The translations under genes were made by a program, and so were the position numbers. The notes beneath the pieces are model-generated. The model was given only the letters and a program-made list of their open reading frames with translations, made no database searches and was not told the DNA's origin. A stretch of DNA of 64,000 nucleotides from assembly GCA_038243585.1 (NCBI GenBank), contig JBBSQY010000007.1, positions 1 through 64,000 on the forward strand. The letters are read 5' to 3'. This stretch comes from Candidatus Sumerlaeales bacterium. Its GTDB lineage: Bacteria; Sumerlaeota; Sumerlaeia; Sumerlaeales; Sumerlaeaceae. Below are positions 8,601 through 16,661 of this stretch, piece after piece; position 1 is the stretch's first letter, and the number at the start of each line of letters is the position of its first letter.

Positions 8601-11389
8601 CCTTATTTCCCCATAAGACACGTACGTTCGAGGGGTTAGGACTGGGAATAGTTACTTCCAAAGTAACTGACGCTGATGCGGTAATTCCTAGAGAAATTAT
8701 CGACTCTGTTATTCGATCCCTTTGTACTCGAATGAGATATGCTGGAGCTGATTACTGGTGGGCAGGAAATGAAACGGCTCTTCCGCTTGACACAAACCAG
8801 TACTTAAAAGCAGTAGGCGCAAGCAAGTCTGAAGTTACGGAACTTTTGATAGCTCATAAGGCAGCAGAACCTGGCGACGCCGCTCTGGGCTTATTGCCAG
8901 ACGGCCTTGCAATAGATTTGCCAAACGGGCAACAAAGACGGCAGTGCCCCGACTGCATGTCAGTTTATCTCCATGATGCCGGTGGATACTGCCCTGATTG
9001 TTGCACACCAATGGTACCCATGACGGACACGCCAAGTAAAAAAGGTGATTACTACGCGTACCTTTCAAACCGTAGTGGTGACCCATTCCGGCTCCATGTA
9101 GAAGAGTTAACTGGTCAGACGGATGCGGAGGACAGAACAAAAAGGCAACGATGGTTCCAAGAAATATTCCTCGAAGGAAATGCGGGTGAATATGACGAGT
9201 CAAAAAATAAGCGCGTACTGGGAGTAGATCTTCTCAGCGTCACAACAACAATGGAGGCGGGAGTTGATATTGGTGCCCTTTCCGCTGTCATGCTATCCAA
9301 TATGCCTCCACGGCGGTTTAACTACCAGCAGCGGGTTGGGCGTGCGGGTCGCCGAGGTCTTGGTGTATCCCTGGCAGTAACCTTCTGTCGAGGACGAAGT
9401 CATGATGCGTATTATTTTAATCACCCTGAAGCTATTACTGGAGACCCACCTCCTCCACCATATGTTGATACTTCCAGTGAACCCATCTTTTTTCGTGTGC
9501 TTAACAAGGAGGTATTGCATGCAGCATGGCCGGACAGAGGTTCAGCGAATACTCCAGATAGTGGCCAGGAGTCCGACGAGGTAGCTGTTGAACGTGAAGC
9601 ATCCGTGCGATCCAGGGAAAGCGTCCATGGGGAATTCGGAACCGTGGATGAATGGGCGACAAATAAAGTTACAGTCCAAACATGGCTGAATGAGCCTGCA
9701 AATGAACCAGTTTTGAGAGGCCTAATATTAGCCACCGCTCACTTGACAGTGTTATCGGAAAAACACGGGCCCGCCTTAGTGTCAAATATCGTTACGCAGC
9801 TTCGGTCCACCCTCGTATCAGAAGTAGATAATATTGTTAATGATAATCAGTTCACACAGACAAACTTAAGTGAGCGTTTAGCAAACGGGGGAATGCTGCC
9901 CATGTTCGGCTTTCCGACTCGCGTTCGATCATTATACACTAAATGGCCAAACGGTAAACCGTGGCCGCCTATTTTAGACCGGATCGAGCGAGATTTAGAA
10001 ATCAGCATTAGCCAGTTCGCACCTGGGTCGGAGCTTGTAAAAGACAAGGCCATACATACAGTCATAGGTGTGGCGGCGCCAGTTCCGTTTCCTGTTGGGC
10101 CAGCAAAGCCGTCTGAAGCATTCCGCCCTCCACTATCCGAACGGAATCCCGTATTAATGGGAATATGCAGATCTTGCCAGGCGGTTGTTCAAATGAAGGC
10201 CGATGACAAGCGCATTGCCGATTTTACCTCGAGTACTGATTCTGACGTTAGGTGCCCGGTTTGCCGCACGGACCAAAGCATGAGAATTGTCGATGCAAGA
10301 GAGCCGCTTGGCTATGTTACCGACCTGTATCCCCAAGACTACGACGGAGTATTTGAACATGCTCCACGGGCTACTTACCCTAGTATTCATATAGACTCAA
10401 CTGCGGCAGTCTGGACGAAGGTTGGGAAGACAAGGATTTGGGCCTTAGATGATGTTGTTCGAAGCGTAAACGACAACGGGGGTGAAGGCGGGTTTGAGTT
10501 TTGCGAGGCGGAAATGAAGCTTTCTCAAGGAGCCCCTGGCTACACCCCTAGCCCCGGCACGTACGTCAAATATGGTACATCCCCGAACGGAAAGCTCAGA
10601 GCAATACCTGATGCTACTCCACACCGAGTTGCGTTACTTTCTCAGAGAAAGACAAACTTACTTCTCGTAGACATAACAGATTGGCCCGAAGGCGTTTCTG
10701 CCTCCCCAAATATTGCGGAAGGTAAAGCCGCGCTGTATTCTTTTGCATTTCTTCTGCGCGCGGCCGCCTGCCGCTTGCTTGATGTTGACACTAGTGAACT
10801 CGACGCGGGAATTCACCCTACTACGGTCGACGGAGAGCTGCGCGGCCAGATCTTCCTCTGCGACAAGCTCGAAAATGGCGCTGGTTACTGCACAAGATTA
10901 GCTGACCCGGAGGTATGGCAGCAACTTGTCCATCAGGTCTGGCTGGAGATTAAATCGTGGCACCATAGAGAACCATGCGACTCCTCTTGTAATCGCTGCC
11001 TTAGAGATTTCCGGAATATGTCTTTTCATGGCCTTCTTGATTGGAGGCTAGCCGTAGATATGGCGAAGCTGGCCTTTGGAGAACCTTCGTTATTTTTACA
11101 AGCGGGTGATGCATGGAATGGTTTAGCCGCAGGAGAAAATTCGTCAATTAGTCGGAACCTTATGGCCATCCATTATAGTCCTTCGCCTGAAGCAGGATCC
11201 ACGCTCCCTCTCTACTGCAAGGAACAGGAATGTACAAAGATGCTGATACTCGCACATCCGTTATGGAAAGAAAATCATCCCATGATAGTTGAAGCAATAA
11301 ACGCGGCTGCGAAGTTACAATCTAATGTTCCAGTAGCAGTAGCAAACCCTTTCAGGATCATAAGGCGTCCTGGTGATTATATTGTGTAA
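5615..11389 (+). CDS. Large SF2 DEAH helicase with Zn fingers and C-terminal DUF1998/MZB domain (DruE-like)
   Basis: TGTGSGKT, YPLNALVEDQ, DELH, TTTMEAGVDIG, QQRVGRAGRR, several CxxC pairs, C-terminal CDSSCNRCL. Confidence 0.8.
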   Translation: MHDLLGAYERLNLVYRMYIESAFPLRYPGLSRERAELLKGDGFLSQKPLIEPVPIYPSSGLDLQQATEALGEDYSWLQDLAKNLFEGNDLYQHQWDALRLTYPRDTTAKDLVVTTGTGSGKTECFLLPILAEIAREAKLQWHATNVPDPKRTWWDNKPAKWTPQWQHSNRPHAIRAMILYPLNALVEDQLRRLRATLDSPASLTWWDSDPQRRGNRITFGRYTSFTKVSGKAPQNGAASDSKTVALKKHLQELAAQEKILQKNLADAVANGNVEAADNITQLQSHFPTISGGEMWSRWDMQAAPPDIFITNYSMLNVTLMREVEHNIFSATAEWLRSDKQNRFTLVIDELHTYRGTPGTEVAYLLRVLFHRLGLTPDSPQLRIIATSASLDEGQEGREFLKRFFGRDQFEVLAGQQVKPSGTSLARISSLGDTFAKFAIAADSTPNNNIHDELLLPKGIALSAAEILHSAVTPNGTSSTLTDVWEKLGIALTMPDVDAPDALRSACEKAMGEVRATPVKKLDEILFPDHQPLEGSLCSDALRGFLYAIAVATANGRSIQPVRGHLFFQNLENLWACVNPYCDGRPGSNKATDGYFSPLGALSPVHRLACTHCSSRVLDLLICQTCGETFLGGHRYEVKTGNGPLELLAAEQADIDTLPNFGLELQSLKHDTYGIFWPDAKRTKAHGNEKSFTQKSGTKTTVHWTRYQIECSTGRLKAYSGKDSTGWVTGWYYKPSDKKAAALPPICPRCDTDKRRAKKYPSPIRTHRMGFAKGCQVITSALVREMPAETKKRKLVLFSDSRQDSAKLAAGLEIDHYRDMVRMALTSHTNQFWPMFGAFLRDLVRRADGLQEWVLALNPKLENLLEDQIEPELKVVAQKFRRIFKENATDLAGFDAEMTADSPHIREENRSLISNFGGPIPLKLIVDLVHASILELGHNPGGNSYELSNFIDSSRRKRAWSDLFDFTVPTPVKQAGLDITGLPEQIKRRLKKEMVYALFPHKTRTFEGLGLGIVTSKVTDADAVIPREIIDSVIRSLCTRMRYAGADYWWAGNETALPLDTNQYLKAVGASKSEVTELLIAHKAAEPGDAALGLLPDGLAIDLPNGQQRRQCPDCMSVYLHDAGGYCPDCCTPMVPMTDTPSKKGDYYAYLSNRSGDPFRLHVEELTGQTDAEDRTKRQRWFQEIFLEGNAGEYDESKNKRVLGVDLLSVTTTMEAGVDIGALSAVMLSNMPPRRFNYQQRVGRAGRRGLGVSLAVTFCRGRSHDAYYFNHPEAITGDPPPPPYVDTSSEPIFFRVLNKEVLHAAWPDRGSANTPDSGQESDEVAVEREASVRSRESVHGEFGTVDEWATNKVTVQTWLNEPANEPVLRGLILATAHLTVLSEKHGPALVSNIVTQLRSTLVSEVDNIVNDNQFTQTNLSERLANGGMLPMFGFPTRVRSLYTKWPNGKPWPPILDRIERDLEISISQFAPGSELVKDKAIHTVIGVAAPVPFPVGPAKPSEAFRPPLSERNPVLMGICRSCQAVVQMKADDKRIADFTSSTDSDVRCPVCRTDQSMRIVDAREPLGYVTDLYPQDYDGVFEHAPRATYPSIHIDSTAAVWTKVGKTRIWALDDVVRSVNDNGGEGGFEFCEAEMKLSQGAPGYTPSPGTYVKYGTSPNGKLRAIPDATPHRVALLSQRKTNLLLVDITDWPEGVSASPNIAEGKAALYSFAFLLRAAACRLLDVDTSELDAGIHPTTVDGELRGQIFLCDKLENGAGYCTRLADPEVWQQLVHQVWLEIKSWHHREPCDSSCNRCLRDFRNMSFHGLLDWRLAVDMAKLAFGEPSLFLQAGDAWNGLAAGENSSISRNLMAIHYSPSPEAGSTLPLYCKEQECTKMLILAHPLWKENHPMIVEAINAAAKLQSNVPVAVANPFRIIRRPGDYIV

Positions 11390-11537
11390 GATTGACGACC
11401 ACGCGTCACAGTCGCGTCGGTACCCTGATGCAGCCGCGCACCTGAGACTGGCTCCTTTGACATACTGAATTAACAAAAAGACGCTACGACTTTGAATGGT
11501 TGACAGAAGTAACAGGCGAACCGCATTTTTTTAAGCT

Positions 11538-12560
11538 ATGGCTCCTAAAAAACCTACTATTATGAGCAATTCAAAGTTTGAGAAATACGAAATCCTAAAG
11601 CCCTTTCTCCAAAGGCACATTGTCGAAAGGGTGCTGAAAACGAATCCTCCTGTCTTTGTTGCTATTGACTCGTTTGCATGTACGCGCGGGATGAACACCT
11701 ATGGCTTAAGCCAGGAAGAACGGCTGCTAAAAGAGAAGAAACGCGTTCAGTTTGTTCGCAACCGCAGTATTGAAGGTATCAAGAGCGCGTGGGAACAGAC
11801 GCCGCCTGAGATGCAAAAGCAGATACTCCTTTGTTGGCAGATCGACTGGAGTCGTGAGTTGGAAACAACGGATAAGTTTCACTGCAACCCTGCGGCGGTT
11901 ATAGAAATCGTGCCTAAAGACGACCTCACCGGAACTTCGACATTGGAAACAGAAGCTGTAATCGAACTTAATGATCCGTTTTCGGAGGAAGATGATGATG
12001 GCGAGCTTGCTGCGACTCTTATGTTCTGTTTCGAAAGCTTTCCGGAGCTATTAGAGAGACAGAACCCCACAAGTAGTTGGTGGGGTGATTACACTATCCC
12101 ATTAGAATCGTACAAAGAGTTTGACATTCTGGACGACTTTCCACTGCGTTTGGTAGTTCGGTCATCGGTGATCACGGAGTATACGCAACTTCCCCATAAG
12201 GTAAAACGCGCATTCAGGGCCGCCATGGAAACTCTTCAGCCATATGAAAGAAGCGCAGTATACGCTGTGTTTTCTACCTGTTGGAGACCAGACAGATGGG
12301 GTAAACAGGACGCCTCTCCCAGTGCACGTATAGTACTTCTGCCGGAAGACGAGGAGTCATACGGCTGGGTCTGGATGCCAGGACCCAGAGTAATCGAAGT
12401 AACTGAAGGCATCGTAGTCTCAGAACCGGAACATGCCTTGGTAAAATCTTTTGAAATGATGCTCTTTGAGTGCATTGTTTATGCAAAGCACAACGAGAAG
12501 CCGGTGCCGTGGCTGACTGGCAAAGCATTAAGGCTCGCTCAGGCGCTTAAGGCGCAATAG
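11538..12560 (+). CDS. Hypothetical protein (340 aa)
   Basis: Long ORF with no recognisable motif, converging on the UvrD-like gene. Confidence 0.6.
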   Translation: MAPKKPTIMSNSKFEKYEILKPFLQRHIVERVLKTNPPVFVAIDSFACTRGMNTYGLSQEERLLKEKKRVQFVRNRSIEGIKSAWEQTPPEMQKQILLCWQIDWSRELETTDKFHCNPAAVIEIVPKDDLTGTSTLETEAVIELNDPFSEEDDDGELAATLMFCFESFPELLERQNPTSSWWGDYTIPLESYKEFDILDDFPLRLVVRSSVITEYTQLPHKVKRAFRAAMETLQPYERSAVYAVFSTCWRPDRWGKQDASPSARIVLLPEDEESYGWVWMPGPRVIEVTEGIVVSEPEHALVKSFEMMLFECIVYAKHNEKPVPWLTGKALRLAQALKAQ

Positions 12561-12565
12561 AGGTC

Positions 12566-14647
12566 TTAAGCGTTGTTTCGCCTCAAATCATCCAGAAACT
12601 CCGACGCCGGGTTCGTACCCGTAACTAAGAGAAAATCCCGTGCCCTGGTACACGCCACGTAGAGCAAGTGACGCTCAGTATTATAAACTTCTTCCAGGTC
12701 AGAATCGTCCACAACGTTTTCTATCCGGCTTGCCAAGGGTATTACTTCATCATCACAGGCCATTACGGCCACGGCGCGAAACTCAAGACCCTTAGCTAAG
12801 TGCATCGAGCAGATCGAAACGTGACCGCTCGTGGTATCCATTCGTTCATCCAGGATCTTATACGGTAAGCCAGTAGCTTCAGCCGCAGCTTGGGCACGAG
12901 GCAGCTGCTCCGCCGACCGTACAAAGATTCCCATTTCATGAGGCGTCACCCCGTTGGCACTCTTGTCCTTCAGCCACTCCCCAACAGCCACAGATTCATT
13001 TTCCGCATTGTCGTACGTCGCTACTTCTGGAGCCGGACCATTAAAGACAGAGATCGCGCCCCGGCGCTCCTCCACATTTCCATCAACATCAGCAATCTGC
13101 GGATCAAGAAGCAGGTCCGCCTGGCGGCGTATCTGATGAGAGGTGCGATAGTTGATCTTCAGCGTTTTTGATCTTCCGCGGATATCCACACCCAACGACT
13201 TCCAGGAGAACGGCTGCTGAAAAATCCGCTGCCCCAGATCCCCGGCTAAGAACAGTGCATTCGGCCGAGCCCCCGCCAGAGCTGCCAGAAACCTGAGCTG
13301 CGGGATACTCACATCCTGAGCTTCATCGACCACGATAAAATCAAACGGTGGATTTTTCGAACCGCTTATTACCTCGGCCAGCCGTGTAAACATCTCCGCC
13401 TCGGTGATCATGCCGCTATCCTTCAGCCTCAGCCGCACTTTTTCGAAGATGCTCCAAAGCACAACACGCTGTTTCTCCGGCAGCCTGGTCTTCCGGCCCA
13501 GCCGCGCCACATCCCGGTAATCTTGCCAGCTGTTCAGCTGCCAGGCATCCACCACTTCCCACCATTCAGACATGAGGAAATGCGGGGAGAATTTATGATC
13601 CTTAACCGTCGTGGCCGCCTCCGCTAACAGCGCACGGATATAGGGCTGCGTCGCAAGCTCCGTCTTTCCCACATTGCCTTCAAACAGGCGGCGCCCGATC
13701 TCACCCATCGACGCCACTTCCAGTCGCTCACCCATCCTGGGCGTATTACTGATCAACCGGCGGAGTTTTGTCATCAGAGCATTTGCCAGGGTATCAGAAA
13801 ATGTCGTCAACAGCACCCGCGCATTAGGATGTGCCTTTGCCAGATACACCGCCCGGTGCAGGGCCACAATAGTCTTGCCAGTGCCGGCCGTCCCAGCCAC
13901 TCGGGCCGGACCGTTATAATCCCGCTCGACCATCTGCTTCTGTGCCGGGTGAAGAAATATGGTCCATTTCTCCCACGGATAATCAAGGGCCTGTTCCAGT
14001 TCCTCCACATTTGACATAACACGAAACCGGCGCTGGGCATCCGGGTGTGCAAAGGGATCAGTTCCTGCCGGTATAGGTTCAGGTGCTACCGGCTTGTTGC
14101 CCATAGCCAGCTGTAGCAATGCCTCCCCGGCCTCATGAGGCAGATGCTCCGCAACTTCCAACAGCGTATCCTCGTTCGCAGCCAACACGTCTGCCAGCCA
14201 CTCCTTGGGCACGCCATACCCCAGAAGATCATCCTCGGATAAATGCGCAAACAGCAAAGGCTTCGGTGGCGCCGGCTGGTCCACGTGCACGTACCGTGGG
14301 ATTTCTATCTCCCGCACCATCTCCCGGATTTCAACAAACTGCGCCGCGCCTGTCGTTGGGTGCGCTTCCAGCTTTCGCCGTTCCGCCCATTGATAAGCTT
14401 TATCGTGATGATCGACGTAGCAGAGCAAAAGACTCGCCTCCGTCTTGTGGAGGATCAAACGGATATCCTTGTTAACATAGATGGAATTGAAACGCTTATC
14501 CTTGATCTTCTCCAGCTTGTGAAACTTCAACCCTGGATGAGACGGGTCTGCCTGAAGATCATAAGCTGTAAGTTTCACCGCCTTTTGCTCCTCATTGGTG
14601 AGGCGAGCAAGACTTTCAGTGAAGGTATCGGAGATGCGAAAGTTCAC
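12566..14647 (-). CDS. SF1 UvrD-like helicase with N-terminal RelE/ParE-like domain
   Basis: GTAGTGKT, VVDEAQD, NYRT, AKGLEF, LLYVACTRAR; the N-terminal about 90 aa has a RelE-like pattern (F..SL..L...EQKAV...HKL...DIRLI...YVDHHD). Confidence 0.8.
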   Translation of the reverse strand: MNFRISDTFTESLARLTNEEQKAVKLTAYDLQADPSHPGLKFHKLEKIKDKRFNSIYVNKDIRLILHKTEASLLLCYVDHHDKAYQWAERRKLEAHPTTGAAQFVEIREMVREIEIPRYVHVDQPAPPKPLLFAHLSEDDLLGYGVPKEWLADVLAANEDTLLEVAEHLPHEAGEALLQLAMGNKPVAPEPIPAGTDPFAHPDAQRRFRVMSNVEELEQALDYPWEKWTIFLHPAQKQMVERDYNGPARVAGTAGTGKTIVALHRAVYLAKAHPNARVLLTTFSDTLANALMTKLRRLISNTPRMGERLEVASMGEIGRRLFEGNVGKTELATQPYIRALLAEAATTVKDHKFSPHFLMSEWWEVVDAWQLNSWQDYRDVARLGRKTRLPEKQRVVLWSIFEKVRLRLKDSGMITEAEMFTRLAEVISGSKNPPFDFIVVDEAQDVSIPQLRFLAALAGARPNALFLAGDLGQRIFQQPFSWKSLGVDIRGRSKTLKINYRTSHQIRRQADLLLDPQIADVDGNVEERRGAISVFNGPAPEVATYDNAENESVAVGEWLKDKSANGVTPHEMGIFVRSAEQLPRAQAAAEATGLPYKILDERMDTTSGHVSICSMHLAKGLEFRAVAVMACDDEVIPLASRIENVVDDSDLEEVYNTERHLLYVACTRARDFLLVTGTNPASEFLDDLRRNNA

Positions 14648-15234
14648 TAGATGTTCTTTATCAGTTGCTCGACCAATTGATAGACTGTGGTACCCGTACT
14701 TGTAGGCCAGGCTTCTTTGCGGTTCACGTCTCGGGCCTTTGCATTTGTTATGGCATTGCGGATTCTATCCTTGGTAAAGTGGTTACCATTAATATGTTTA
14801 TCATAATCCGGAATGTGATGCTTCAGTTTATCAGTGCAATCTTTGGAACTGCGGACGGCGATATTCCTAAAATGCAGGAGTAGCCAGTACTCGAATTTAG
14901 GACTACTAACAGCAAGACCATATTTTGGAGACGTGCCTGCCCACAATGCACATTCCTTTATATCCGCAGTTTTCCACGAATCAGTATCAATGACGATCCA
15001 GGCAAAGTCCCCTTTACGAAGCCCTTCCTGTTGAATGTATTTCTTAATCCGCTTCAGTACGTATTCGGGTGAAGTGCGATTTCTTTCAGAAAGACATTTA
15101 ACTCGAACGATTGTACTATCGCTGTTAAACAACGCGAAATACTGCTCCTCGGTTTCAATGCCTTCGGTAGCTATAATGAACAACTGACGATAACGGCGGA
15201 AAGGAGCTGGTCTCTTAAAACGACTGATTCCCAC
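14647..15234 (-). CDS. RloB-family protein (AbiLii-like)
   Basis: IATEGIETEEQYF, WIVIDTD and SSPKFEYWLLLHF motifs typical of RloB. Confidence 0.85.
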   Translation of the reverse strand: MGISRFKRPAPFRRYRQLFIIATEGIETEEQYFALFNSDSTIVRVKCLSERNRTSPEYVLKRIKKYIQQEGLRKGDFAWIVIDTDSWKTADIKECALWAGTSPKYGLAVSSPKFEYWLLLHFRNIAVRSSKDCTDKLKHHIPDYDKHINGNHFTKDRIRNAITNAKARDVNRKEAWPTSTGTTVYQLVEQLIKNI

Positions 15235-16574
15235 TAATCTTGTCCAGACATTGATTTAATGTCTGTTAAGCAAGTGTTAACAAGTACCTTTGGAATTCCT
15301 CCCATACGCCCCTGAAGGTAGCTCTTTTGAATGTCTTTGTCACTTCTTACATCTTTATACTCGCTAAAAGAATGCAATGTGGATGCACCATTTTTAGATT
15401 TTTCGGTGATCCACATTTCGTCTCTTCGCAAAATTTCCTGATCCATCAGCATGACGTCGTGGGTAGTCAAAAACAGTTGGGCGCGGGAATTAGGTGAGCA
15501 ACTCGTTAAAAAAAGTTGGACGAGCCTTCTTGTCATCAGTGTGTGCAAGCTGCGATCCAGTTCATCGATGACAAAGACCTTTTTGCTATTTTTAGCACAA
15601 ATGGCAAAAAATGCTGGGAGCAAATCTAAAAGTCGTTGAGACCCGTCGGACTCTTGGCGCAAATCAAATTTAATTTCTTCGCCCTCCTGACTCGTATGGA
15701 AGGTGACGAGTTTCTTCGCGCTTATTTCTCCCTCTTGCCTCGTAATAATAATTCTTTCACTAGTTCGGCCAACTTCAATCCGGGCAGCATCTCCAGCCTT
15801 TAACTTTTCACGAATTTCTGTCTTGAAATTCTCTGGAATTAAAATAGAATCAAATGGCACTTCTTCCCCGCCTATACTATGGATTCCAGTATCCAATTTT
15901 GGCAGAATAGCATTCATAATTGTATAGAGTGAGTGTTCCTCATCCAAAAATTGATCAAATCTAGCGTATTGACTGTCCGGGGAAACGAGTTCCAGAGTGT
16001 CGTCGAACCAGTCAAAGACGGGCCTGAAAGTTTCTACTTTTTGGGAGATTGCATTGGTAAGGAATAATTGATTTTCCCGGGTGCCTTGAAAAGCAAATTG
16101 TAAGAATTTCTGATCCGGTAATGCAGAATCAAATTTGCATTTGCCGGACTTTCGGTGATATAACACCTTCTCGCCAGCAGGTTGTATCTCTGTAAGTTTT
16201 TCTTCCAGTACAGTTTTTCTTGTCACGGAAAAACTGAAAATATGAATCCGATCCTCAACCAAAATAGAGAAAGAAAACTTTGAGGGACTGTCTTTATATT
16301 TAGCTTGAAGCTTAAAGGGTTCAACCAAAATAAAGGCATCGGGCCTGGTGCCATCAACAACAAGATCTTTCACAAAGCTCATAGCCCTGAAAAACGCGGT
16401 TTTCCCCGACGCGTTTGCCCCGTAAATCGCCGCTACTGGCAAAATTTTCAGTTTGTATTTAGAAAGTTGAGGAAGTCTTTCTCCATGCTGCCTCTCACGG
16501 CTTGCGGCGGTAGAGAATACGGTTTTGTCCCGAAACGACATCCAATTTTCAATTTGCAGTTCTATTAACACCAA
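15234..16574 (-). CDS. AAA_21-type ABC ATPase (RloA/AbiLi-like)
   Basis: IYGANASGKT, ESDGSQRL, VIDELDRSLH, LTTHD and YLQGRMGGIP; paired with RloB. Confidence 0.85.
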   Translation of the reverse strand: MVLIELQIENWMSFRDKTVFSTAASRERQHGERLPQLSKYKLKILPVAAIYGANASGKTAFFRAMSFVKDLVVDGTRPDAFILVEPFKLQAKYKDSPSKFSFSILVEDRIHIFSFSVTRKTVLEEKLTEIQPAGEKVLYHRKSGKCKFDSALPDQKFLQFAFQGTRENQLFLTNAISQKVETFRPVFDWFDDTLELVSPDSQYARFDQFLDEEHSLYTIMNAILPKLDTGIHSIGGEEVPFDSILIPENFKTEIREKLKAGDAARIEVGRTSERIIITRQEGEISAKKLVTFHTSQEGEEIKFDLRQESDGSQRLLDLLPAFFAICAKNSKKVFVIDELDRSLHTLMTRRLVQLFLTSCSPNSRAQLFLTTHDVMLMDQEILRRDEMWITEKSKNGASTLHSFSEYKDVRSDKDIQKSYLQGRMGGIPKVLVNTCLTDIKSMSGQD

Positions 16575-16661
16575 TTTGCCTCAATCGAAAATTTCTCTTA
16601 AACCATATAGTTTTTGCACCTAAAAGGCTAGAGGCGTGTAATTCAAGAGAAAATGTCTCGC

